A DNA stretch of 64,000 nt, from sequence record PP793740.1; one strand, 5' to 3'. Positions 1 to 7,434 of this stretch are shown here, in pieces. Both the position numbers and the translations under genes were made by a program. Below the pieces are notes generated by a model. It saw only the letters and a program-made list of their open reading frames with translations. It searched no databases and was not told where the DNA came from. Position 1 is the stretch's first letter. Each line of letters opens with the position of its first letter.

Positions 1-131
1 ATCCCAACAATTTGAATACTGCGTTAAAAATAAACAATCAAAAAATAATGACAGTGAAAATATCCAAGTTATTAAAGTATGCGCAGAGTCTATTGTACTC
101 CTATATCCGACTAATGAAAAATAAAGCATTT

Positions 132-151
132 AAGCCCTCATAGGAGGGCTT
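132..151. terminator. Intrinsic terminator-like hairpin
   Basis: AAGCCCTC-ATAG-GAGGGCTT followed by TTATGTCG. Confidence 0.6.
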
Positions 152-619
152 TTATGTCGTATGGCTAATATGCTAGTGAATAACGAATAAAATCGATTAT
201 AGAGCAAATTAGAAGGTATTAAAGGCATAAAGAAAGTCTATCTCTAGACTTATTATTTTTAATTAAAAAAAAATATAATCTATACTGTGTCTCCTTTTAG
301 GGAGACAGTATGTATTAGCTAACGCTATTAGAATAATGCTAATATTGTTTATTATTAGAATAAGGATATACCTTCGGTATAGTTTATTATGAAATAAAAG
401 CCCCTACGGGGCGATCCGATTCATCAGTTCCACATTAGGTAATATTCATGAGTAATATTTGATTACCAGTATTACTCAATGATACTGGTAATAATATACT
501 AGGTTATTAACAATATGTATTGATTATTCTGATTAAGTCAAATTAGTTAATAAACAAATCAATTATCAACGAGTGATAACTGGTATTGATTACTAGCTAA
601 AGAGATTAATTAGGATATC

Positions 620-711
620 TACATGAGGAGTCGCTACCCCATGTATACTGGAGTGTCTCTTTAGCGGGAGACTTAACTCCACTTGGGAGCCGCTTTAGCG
701 GGCGGCTCTCA
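620..711. other. Three adjacent hairpins with mutually complementary loops (candidate structured RNA or DNA element)
   Basis: Stems 620-645, 650-680 and 684-711. The last two share the loop TTAGCG closed by a T.G pair; the first loop contains CGCTA (632-636). Confidence 0.5.
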
Positions 712-739
712 CTTAAACAAAAAAAGAATTCAGATAAGT

Positions 740-759
740 CCCTCTCCTGAAGGAGAGGG
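740..759 (-). terminator. Intrinsic terminator after the 768..1073 gene
   Basis: CCCTCTCC-TGAA-GGAGAGGG just past the stop codon. Confidence 0.7.
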
Positions 760-767
760 GTTGTTTA

Positions 768-1073
768 TCATAGGCTTCTCCTTTCGGTTACATAGAACTT
801 CTTCTGATCCATGTCAGTGTCCGTTACTATGAAATTGTCGAAGGGGTTGATGGATACGGCTAAACTTGCGTTGTTGACGTATCCTATCGTAGGACCAGCC
901 CAATAACCAATGAAGTGACCTTTACGATCTCGACATTGGATAACATTATCAGCGTGTATTTTCGCAACTGACATGCTATGGGTTGATCCATCGGGTCTCT
1001 TGAAAAAGAAACCCACATCCTGCATTCTGTGCAGGTCAGGGCTAACATTGTTAGCGGTAACTGGAATTAACAT
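768..1073 (-). CDS. Hypothetical protein (101 aa)
   Basis: ORF with AGAGG RBS and a downstream hairpin; no recognised family. Confidence 0.7.
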   Translation of the reverse strand: MLIPVTANNVSPDLHRMQDVGFFFKRPDGSTHSMSVAKIHADNVIQCRDRKGHFIGYWAGPTIGYVNNASLAVSINPFDNFIVTDTDMDQKKFYVTERRSL

Positions 1074-1203
1074 GATGGTTCCTCTTGTTAATCCAAGCCC
1101 ATTTGGGCGAAAATGTTGAGTATTTTTTACTCAACGGCATATAGCCCTACTGTTGCAGCAGTAGGGCTAATTCTTTTATTCTTAAATGTTTAACTGAATA
1201 AAT

Positions 1204-1225
1204 GCCCTCTCCCGAAGGAGAGGGC
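1204..1225. terminator. Intrinsic terminator
   Basis: GCCCTCTCC-CGAA-GGAGAGGGC followed by TTATGTCG. Confidence 0.7.
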
Positions 1226-1238
1226 TTATGTCGTTGAT

Positions 1239-1514
1239 TTATTTAACCAGCGATGGTTCCCTAATACGAGAGATGCATAGATAATTACTATAATCGCTAG
1301 GGTCGTACTCATCATACCCTAGACAACTTGTATGGATATATTCAGTACTGATATTAATCATATCAAGAGTAATACCATCACCCCATTTCTTAGTTGCCAT
1401 CTTGATAATATCGGCGATAGTATTGGCCACATAACAATCACCCAAGACATAAAAGGTATCTTCGGTATCATCCGGACGAAAATAACGAATACCATTCTGT
1501 GTATATTCACCCAT
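1239..1514 (-). CDS. Hypothetical protein (91 aa)
   Basis: ORF with GAGG RBS, co-directional with neighbours. Confidence 0.75.
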   Translation of the reverse strand: MGEYTQNGIRYFRPDDTEDTFYVLGDCYVANTIADIIKMATKKWGDGITLDMINISTEYIHTSCLGYDEYDPSDYSNYLCISRIREPSLVK

Positions 1515-1515
1515 G

Positions 1516-1659
1516 TTAATTATCCTCTTTTCCTTCTTGGGTATGATGAGCGGGCTCTACCCAGTAAAAATCAATAAACAGATCAACTGGTTCACAGCCG
1601 ACCGCCTCACTGTCATCGGCCCATTTACTTTCATCTGCGATAATTTCTTCATTGGTCAT
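1516..1659 (-). CDS. Small acidic protein (47 aa, not in the ORF track)
   Basis: Hand translation MTNEEIIADESKWADDSEAVGCEPVDLFIDFYWVEPAHHTQEGKEDN; AAGGAG RBS; fills the gap between genes. Confidence 0.65.
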   Translation of the reverse strand: MTNEEIIADESKWADDSEAVGCEPVDLFIDFYWVEPAHHTQEGKEDN

Positions 1660-1698
1660 TTGTATTTCTCCTTATTTACTATATTGAATATTGTTTAG

Positions 1699-1911
1699 TT
1701 ACATAGTCCAATTAGTGGCTTCATCAACCATGTCAGCTGCTTCTTTATCAGAAGCATTCCAGAGTTTATCAGCCCATTCTTTATCCATTTCATTTTGGAT
1801 ATTTTCAAGACGCATGTAATTATGCCATGCCTGACCCAGGCGAAGATTCTTATTATTTTTGTAATAAATTCCAAACTCACCACGAACTGATGCAGGAATT
1901 GAAATAGTCAC
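1699..1911 (-). CDS. Hypothetical protein (70 aa, GTG start)
   Basis: AAGGAG RBS; start overlaps the TGA of the upstream gene. Confidence 0.7.
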   Translation of the reverse strand: MTISIPASVRGEFGIYYKNNKNLRLGQAWHNYMRLENIQNEMDKEWADKLWNASDKEAADMVDEATNWTM

Positions 1912-2069
1912 TTTATAATCTCCTTAGTTACTATCTGACGTGCTTCTTTATAAGAAATATTCGGATTATCATTGATGTATTTAAGAACTTTCTGATGTAT
2001 AATGTTCTCTCGCTCAGTTAGTTCTTTTACTACTCTTTTAAAATAACCTGGTGATCGTTTCATAGTCAT
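1908..2069 (-). CDS. Small basic protein (53 aa, not in the ORF track)
   Basis: Hand translation MTMKRSPGYFKRVVKELTERENIIHQKVLKYINDNPNISYKEARQIVTKEIIK; overlaps both neighbours by 4 nt. Confidence 0.6.
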   Translation of the reverse strand: MTMKRSPGYFKRVVKELTERENIIHQKVLKYINDNPNISYKEARQIVTKEIIK

Positions 2070-2353
2070 GGTTCTTCGATTAACAAGTTATTTGCCTCGA
2101 AAAAGAATGGGGCTGACCAGCTATAATCTGGTTCATTTACCAGTTTTACACTGTTCTTGGTTTTGATAATCTTGCGATCATACCGCCAGTTTTGTGGTCC
2201 ATGTTTAGGAATAGTGTAGTATTCACCATCGGGTAGATTAGTGGCTTTTTCCCATCCGAGTTCTTTAATACTAAACTTTTTATCAGTTGTCATTTTCTTT
2301 ATTTCCTTGCTGTCATGAAACCACCCGGTGGCCGTATCAAGCTGCGTCCCCAT
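2066..2353 (-). CDS. Hypothetical protein, paralogue of 2649..2912
   Basis: Shared motif NLP.G.Y...P.HGP.....DR. Confidence 0.7.
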   Translation of the reverse strand: MGTQLDTATGWFHDSKEIKKMTTDKKFSIKELGWEKATNLPDGEYYTIPKHGPQNWRYDRKIIKTKNSVKLVNEPDYSWSAPFFFEANNLLIEEP

Positions 2354-2356
2354 GGT

Positions 2357-2641
2357 TTATACTGCACGTGGGATCACTGATATCTCAAGAGTCAGATCAG
2401 CCGCGTCCAGTAGGTTTACCAGGGCGTCCAGAGAGAACTTGTCAATCTTGCCTTTGAGAAGATCATTCAATCTCGGTTGCGTAACATGTAGGCGAGCAGC
2501 AGCGTCTTTTTGCGGAAGATCCCAGCCCTTTATAGTACGGGTGAGAGCCCGCATGAGTTGGGAACGGATACGTAGGTTTTCAGTTTCTTTTGTCGAGTCA
2601 ACTAGTGTATCCCAGACACCGGGAGTGCATTCGTTTGCCAT
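2357..2641 (-). CDS. XRE/HigA-like helix-turn-helix antitoxin homologue (HTH_37 type), orphan
   Basis: VWD.L.D...E.ENL.IRS.LM..L and Q..AA..LHVTQPRLNDLLKGKI.KFSLDALVN, typical of RelE/Gp49-associated HigA2-type antitoxins. Confidence 0.8.
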   Translation of the reverse strand: MANECTPGVWDTLVDSTKETENLRIRSQLMRALTRTIKGWDLPQKDAAARLHVTQPRLNDLLKGKIDKFSLDALVNLLDAADLTLEISVIPRAV

Positions 2642-2648
2642 TTATTTA

Positions 2649-2912
2649 TTACCTCTTGAGGTAAATGCTCGGATAATAAACTACATTATATTTAAAGAAA
2701 TCACTTACCTTGAATTTTATGTTCGGTGCAGTGATTAGATAACAATAATCACCATCAACCATAACGCGTCGATCATGGCTATATACCCTAGGACCATGTA
2801 ACGGAGAAGTTACATAAATTCCATTGGGAAGATTCCGTAAATCGTCTTTATTCAGAAACTTACCATTAGGATTTATAGTTAATGGATAACAACCAGGATT
2901 AAGTTTATGCAT
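2649..2912 (-). CDS. Hypothetical protein, paralogue of 2066..2353
   Basis: ORF with GAGG RBS; shared HGP motif. Confidence 0.7.
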   Translation of the reverse strand: MHKLNPGCYPLTINPNGKFLNKDDLRNLPNGIYVTSPLHGPRVYSHDRRVMVDGDYCYLITAPNIKFKVSDFFKYNVVYYPSIYLKR

Positions 2913-2928
2913 ATTTCACCTCTTTTAT

Positions 2929-2953
2929 AAACCACCCTTATATAGGGTGGTTT
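2929..2953. terminator. Intrinsic terminator
   Basis: AAACCACCCT-TATAT-AGGGTGGTTT with a T run. Confidence 0.65.
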
Positions 2954-2959
2954 TTTTTT

Positions 2960-3235
2960 CTATTGACCAATATACGTGCTGGTGTATAATTCAATGGTTG
3001 GTTTATGAATGGTCAGATTATATTTCTTAGCTAAATCATCAATATCCCTGGAACAATCAATGAATTTGCCAGTCTCTCGGTAGCGCATCACCCATGAACC
3101 CCGAAATGGTGCATCATCTAATGGATTAATACCATATTCACGACATACCACAATTGCTTCATGTCGTGGAGTAGCACCAGTAGTGACAAAGTGATTTTCA
3201 TAAACTGGGATCATTGATACATCTTTATTGCTCAT
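2960..3235 (-). CDS. Hypothetical protein (91 aa), paralogue of 4229..4480
   Basis: Start moved to MSNKDV, which follows a GAGG RBS; REYGINP...RG.WV.R...TG.FID motif. Confidence 0.7.
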   Translation of the reverse strand: MSNKDVSMIPVYENHFVTTGATPRHEAIVVCREYGINPLDDAPFRGSWVMRYRETGKFIDCSRDIDDLAKKYNLTIHKPTIELYTSTYIGQ

Positions 3236-3276
3236 AATAACCTCTCTAAAATTACCTGAAGGGATATGCATGATAT

Positions 3277-3774
3277 TTATTTTTGTTTTTGACTGATCAT
3301 GGAGGCATTGGTGAAGTAATATAACGCATGTTTCCAATCTTGAGGGTCATATGTGCACTTATGAGCAACCACATAATCACCATCAATTTTTTTGAACAAG
3401 TTTACCATGATCACCTCATCCATATCAGTCCCGTTATGCACAGTTTGATAATTCAGTCTCACCAACATGTCATCTACATTGGTTTTCAACTGGAGACCAT
3501 CTTTGAAGAAATCACGAACACCATCCATGATTTGTTCATTGCGAGACAGGATGTTTTCAGAGATCTGTTCGAACATACCCCTTGCACCGATCAAACGTAA
3601 TTGATCGTAATTGGGTTCACCCATGCAGATGGCCTCATCATCACGATTACACATCTTCTCCAGCAGAACGATAGGGTTATAATCCCAAGCAACCCCACCA
3701 GTTACAACAGAGGTCAAATAGCCATAGAGACTGAGTTCACTGTCACGCTCATTTGCAGGAATCATGCGGTTCAT
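3277..3774 (-). CDS. Hypothetical protein (165 aa)
   Basis: Start moved to MNRMIP, which follows a GAGG RBS. Confidence 0.7.
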   Translation of the reverse strand: MNRMIPANERDSELSLYGYLTSVVTGGVAWDYNPIVLLEKMCNRDDEAICMGEPNYDQLRLIGARGMFEQISENILSRNEQIMDGVRDFFKDGLQLKTNVDDMLVRLNYQTVHNGTDMDEVIMVNLFKKIDGDYVVAHKCTYDPQDWKHALYYFTNASMISQKQK

Positions 3775-3809
3775 AATTAACGATCCTCGTATTGGTGTTG
3801 CAGCATAGC

Positions 3810-4193
3810 TCAGCAAGTCTCTTGAGCTTTCTCAAAACTAGCCATCGAGCGGGTGCGCGCACGCTGTAGAATAGACAAGCCGTATTTTTTGAACTTCTTC
3901 TTGTGGATGAAACCAAGGCGTTCGTAGATGAAGTCTTTACGGTCGGCGCGAGGTTTACCATCAGCTACGATACCACGGTCGAAAAGAGCCCAGAACAGAG
4001 CGCTTTCATCATGCAGGTAGTTGGCCATTTCCTGAGGCCACTGAACTGCGCATAGAGCAACGATTTGTTCAAGTAAACCACTATCTGAGATAGCATAGTA
4101 CTCACGACCCTGAACATAGTTCATTTTGTCGAAGTTGCACATAGCCAGTCTGCCAGTACCCTGGTTGATTTTCTTTTGAATGTGTTCGTTCAT
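3810..4193 (-). CDS. Hypothetical protein (127 aa)
   Basis: ORF track; AATAGG-type RBS. Confidence 0.75.
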   Translation of the reverse strand: MNEHIQKKINQGTGRLAMCNFDKMNYVQGREYYAISDSGLLEQIVALCAVQWPQEMANYLHDESALFWALFDRGIVADGKPRADRKDFIYERLGFIHKKKFKKYGLSILQRARTRSMASFEKAQETC

Positions 4194-4228
4194 GGTTTGA
4201 CCTATTTTCAGATTTGGATTAATTATAG

Positions 4229-4480
4229 CTAGACGAAGGTATTGCGTTCGAATTGGATGGAATTACGTTCAACAATATCGTTGAGGTATTTATCATTGTC
4301 GATAAATTCCCCAGTGAGCATGTTACGCAGAACCCAGTTCCCCCGAAGTGGTATACCGCTGTTAGGGTTGATCCCGTATTCACGCATCAAAATCCGACGA
4401 TTGTGGTCAACACCTGGCTCCATGTAAGATTCACTGATAAAACATTCCACCATGTTGATAACTTCTTTAGATTCGCTCAT
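4229..4480 (-). CDS. Hypothetical protein, paralogue of 2960..3235
   Basis: Shared REYGINP motif; AAGGA RBS. Confidence 0.75.
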   Translation of the reverse strand: MSESKEVINMVECFISESYMEPGVDHNRRILMREYGINPNSGIPLRGNWVLRNMLTGEFIDNDKYLNDIVERNSIQFERNTFV

Positions 4481-4551
4481 TGACTTATTCCTTCTTTTGC
4501 AGGTATTATGTAATACGATAATGGATTATGGCTTTAACCATCAGATCCTTT

Positions 4552-4974
4552 TCACGCAGTTGGTTTGAATGGATTTGCACTACGACTACGTTTTTGATAT
4601 GAAATTAGTGCACCCCATACATTATCGGCTGATACATATTCAGGCATAGCTTTTTCATCATTGTAACTGACACGGTATGCCTTAGCCACACCTGTGCTAT
4701 CTACAATGTGAACTTTTTCAATGACAAATGCTTTTCCAGAAGGCCCAGGGATATGTAATCCTCTTTTAAAAAGTTCTTCAAGAATGCGTTCTAATGCAAT
4801 TTTAGCATTAGGGTAATCATTATCAAGTGACTTAATACCACCTTTAATTTTATTATCTAGGTCACTGAGTGCCTTTTTAAAAACACTAACATCATGATCA
4901 AAACATTCGAGAGTGTGATCGAAGTTTTGCATGAGCGCTATTAGTAGACCATTAGGAAATACTACTTTTGACAT
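4552..4974 (-). CDS. Hypothetical protein (140 aa)
   Basis: ORF track; AATAGG-type RBS. Confidence 0.75.
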   Translation of the reverse strand: MSKVVFPNGLLIALMQNFDHTLECFDHDVSVFKKALSDLDNKIKGGIKSLDNDYPNAKIALERILEELFKRGLHIPGPSGKAFVIEKVHIVDSTGVAKAYRVSYNDEKAMPEYVSADNVWGALISYQKRSRSANPFKPTA

Positions 4975-4984
4975 ATATCACCTA

Positions 4985-5341
4985 TTAGTAAACAGTTGGG
5001 AACGTTTGTAGGAACCAATCATTAATACGTGTATTAACACTAGCCCCGTGTTCAGGCGCTACTTTAAAACCAGCGACGATGTCCTGTAACTCTTCAGTGA
5101 GTTTGTTGTGTACTTTACCTTCACAATCGATAAAGTCTTCTGCGGTTGGCATAACCTCAGCGCGAATAACAGAGGCACGCTTAGAAAGCATTGTAAGAAT
5201 TTCATTAGACACTGAAGCAGCATTACGCAACTTATTGATTTTTACATCAATAACAGTTTTATGATAGATTTTACCAACTGCACACATTGTAACTGAACCA
5301 ACAAAAATACCAAGACAGAGTGATACTTTATCAATATTCAT
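4985..5341 (-). CDS. Membrane-anchored hypothetical protein
   Basis: N-terminal hydrophobic helix SLCLGIFVGSVTMCAVG. Confidence 0.75.
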   Translation of the reverse strand: MNIDKVSLCLGIFVGSVTMCAVGKIYHKTVIDVKINKLRNAASVSNEILTMLSKRASVIRAEVMPTAEDFIDCEGKVHNKLTEELQDIVAGFKVAPEHGASVNTRINDWFLQTFPTVY

Positions 5342-5402
5342 TTTGTATACCTATTTACGTTTATTGAAGTGATTAAAAAATAATACGATGTAGAAAATAA
5401 AA

Positions 5403-5420
5403 GGGAGTCCGAAGACTCCC
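5403..5420 (-). terminator. Intrinsic terminator
   Basis: GGGAGTC-CGAA-GACTCCC with an A-rich flank on the + strand (U tail on the - strand). Confidence 0.7.
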
Positions 5421-5428
5421 ATTATCAG

Positions 5429-5869
5429 TTACACATCTGACACATCATCGAACAGATCAAGTTGTTTCCGATTACGTCGTTCTTCTTCTTCGATACGACG
5501 ATTCTCTTCTTCAATCTCTTTCTGCCGTTTGACAAGCCTCCTGTGCAGACTCATTTGCCATGCAGTATCATAACGGCATCGCACTGATTCAATATATTTA
5601 AGCCCTACTTCATTAATGCTCTCAAGAAGATCCAGTGACACAAGTGTCTCCTTGGATGCATTAATGCTAGCCTTAAGATAATGGGCCATTGCTGTTGCTG
5701 GATGGAACGGTAGTTTATCGACATCCATGGTCTTTTGATAAGCTTTCAGTTTATGGATAATAATTCGTCCATAATAGAATTCATAGAGTTTTTCTCTAGA
5801 ATCCCAAGCAAGCTTACCGAGTACGGCTCCACTTACCATCCCTAATGTAAGAGATAGCTTAGAGTTCAT
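5429..5869 (-). CDS. Membrane-anchored hypothetical protein with charged coiled C-terminus (146 aa)
   Basis: Start moved to MNSKLSLTLGMVSGAVLG, which overlaps the upstream stop. Confidence 0.7.
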   Translation of the reverse strand: MNSKLSLTLGMVSGAVLGKLAWDSREKLYEFYYGRIIIHKLKAYQKTMDVDKLPFHPATAMAHYLKASINASKETLVSLDLLESINEVGLKYIESVRCRYDTAWQMSLHRRLVKRQKEIEEENRRIEEEERRNRKQLDLFDDVSDV

Positions 5870-6176
5870 TGTTAATTGCATCCTTAATCCAGTTACGGAT
5901 TTTTGATTTAATTCGATGTTTATCACTGATGGTGTTAAACATATCCAATCCATCATTAATAACGTATATAAGCTCTACTTCAATAAAGTCCGTCATTACT
6001 TCCACGGTGGTATTATCTGAATTAGATTTGATATAATCGGAATAGTCCTTTACTTTTTCACGGATATTCTTTTCTAATTTAATCTCATTATAAACAGTCA
6101 CACTGACTTCGAACACATAGATGGTACCAGCCAGCATGAGACCAGTTTTTACAACATTACCGATAATGGAAAGCAT
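5859..6176 (-). CDS. Membrane-anchored hypothetical protein
   Basis: N-terminal hydrophobic segment. Confidence 0.7.
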   Translation of the reverse strand: MLSIIGNVVKTGLMLAGTIYVFEVSVTVYNEIKLEKNIREKVKDYSDYIKSNSDNTTVEVMTDFIEVELIYVINDGLDMFNTISDKHRIKSKIRNWIKDAINNEL

Positions 6177-6221
6177 GATAATATCCTATTAGTTAATGAA
6201 TGTAGATTTATTTTGATTATA

Positions 6222-6383
6222 TTAAAACTTGATATTTAGAACACGTTTAGCTATTATAATACCAACATATACTCCTAGTGCTATCTCCGCATATTTGGTG
6301 ATGACGTTTTTAATCTTCTTATGTTTAGGTGCCTCGGGCACATCCGCGATAAGTTTTTGAAGTTTAACTTTATCAATATTCAT
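6222..6383 (-). CDS. Small membrane protein (53 aa)
   Basis: Start MNIDKV after AAGGA; C-terminal hydrophobic helix. Confidence 0.65.
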   Translation of the reverse strand: MNIDKVKLQKLIADVPEAPKHKKIKNVITKYAEIALGVYVGIIIAKRVLNIKF

Positions 6384-6491
6384 TTGTATTTTCCTTTTTA
6401 CGATTAATTGAAGGTTTAACAAACTCATTCAAATATAATTTTATTATCGTAATTATATTTGAATGGGGCCTCAGTGAGGCCCTATCCATTT

Positions 6492-6830
6492 TTACATCTT
6501 ACGAACTGTATCGAATACTTGATTCGTATAGTCATCGCCATAAATGATCGACAGCTTATTACGAATTACATCCAGTCGATGTTTTTCAATATTGCTCTCA
6601 GCAACAGCACTATCCATTGTCTCAGTCATTGCAGCATTGATGAACATCATGAACTCATCTGATTCACCATACTCTTTTGAAATACTTTTAAACTGATCCC
6701 TGAAACCCATGAGTTTGTCAAAGTTGGCTTTAGTCTCTTTAGCCTTCTTGTAGATAACATACCCAGTTCCAGCCAGTGATGCAGTGGCCAGAAGAAAAGA
6801 TACACCTTTTGCAATCGTATTGAATTTCAT
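6492..6830 (-). CDS. Membrane-anchored hypothetical protein
   Basis: N-terminal GVSFLLATASLAGTGYVIY helix. Confidence 0.75.
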   Translation of the reverse strand: MKFNTIAKGVSFLLATASLAGTGYVIYKKAKETKANFDKLMGFRDQFKSISKEYGESDEFMMFINAAMTETMDSAVAESNIEKHRLDVIRNKLSIIYGDDYTNQVFDTVRKM

Positions 6831-6864
6831 AATAAATATTCCTATTTACTAATATTAAAACTAT

Positions 6865-7311
6865 TTAATAGTTTCTGAAATGTTCACAAGTCGTTACTTC
6901 TTTCAGTCGTTTGATGATGTAATCTCGACTTTTATTGAATTGAAGTTTCTTTGCGTCATCCAGTTCATCCCATTGTGTAATTCTGGCCAGTTCAGGAACA
7001 TTGTCATATTTTGCTTTGTTAAGTTTTTTAATCATGTCCCATACATAGCAACCTTCGATAAACCACAAAAGACTCGTGTATGTATCCTTGTCAATTAAAT
7101 TTACTCCATAAAGACTAAGGTCAACCTTGGCTTCTTCTGCCATTTTAATGGTTTTCTTATAATTATCAAATACATTGTGGAGGTTATGCTCTTCGCCACT
7201 GCTATCACAGTTTTCAATAGCTTTCATCAACTCCGGAAATGTATCACTATAGAACTTGATCAATTTACGAGTAATCGCCTCTTGCACTTTCTGCTTTTTA
7301 GTCTTTGCCAT
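6865..7311 (-). CDS. Early hypothetical protein (148 aa)
   Basis: First ORF downstream of the early promoter at 7370. Confidence 0.75.
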   Translation of the reverse strand: MAKTKKQKVQEAITRKLIKFYSDTFPELMKAIENCDSSGEEHNLHNVFDNYKKTIKMAEEAKVDLSLYGVNLIDKDTYTSLLWFIEGCYVWDMIKKLNKAKYDNVPELARITQWDELDDAKKLQFNKSRDYIIKRLKEVTTCEHFRNY

Positions 7312-7369
7312 TTTATTTCCACCTATTTACATTAAGTTGTATGATAATGTTTACAGTATTGTCACAAAT

Positions 7370-7377
7370 GTAATATA
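7370..7377 (-). promoter_or_regulatory. phiKZ-type early (virion RNAP) promoter
   Basis: TATATTAC core preceded by ATTTTAAACAG on the - strand. Confidence 0.75.
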
Positions 7378-7409
7378 CTGTTTAAAATGGTTTGAATATA
7401 CGACATAAA

Positions 7410-7429
7410 GCCTTCCCCTGAGGGAAGGC
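7410..7429 (-). terminator. Intrinsic terminator after the macrodomain gene
   Basis: GCCTTCCC-CTGA-GGGAAGGC followed on the - strand by TTTATGTCG. Confidence 0.7.
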
Positions 7430-7434
7430 CAATG

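Noticed and set aside
1-760. tRNA or CRISPR array in the non-coding tract
   Set aside because: No cloverleaf with T-loop and CCA, and no regularly spaced direct repeats.
2328-2738. 136-aa + strand ORF as a possible toxin partner of the HTH gene
   Set aside because: Antisense to the HTH gene, with no RelE-like features.
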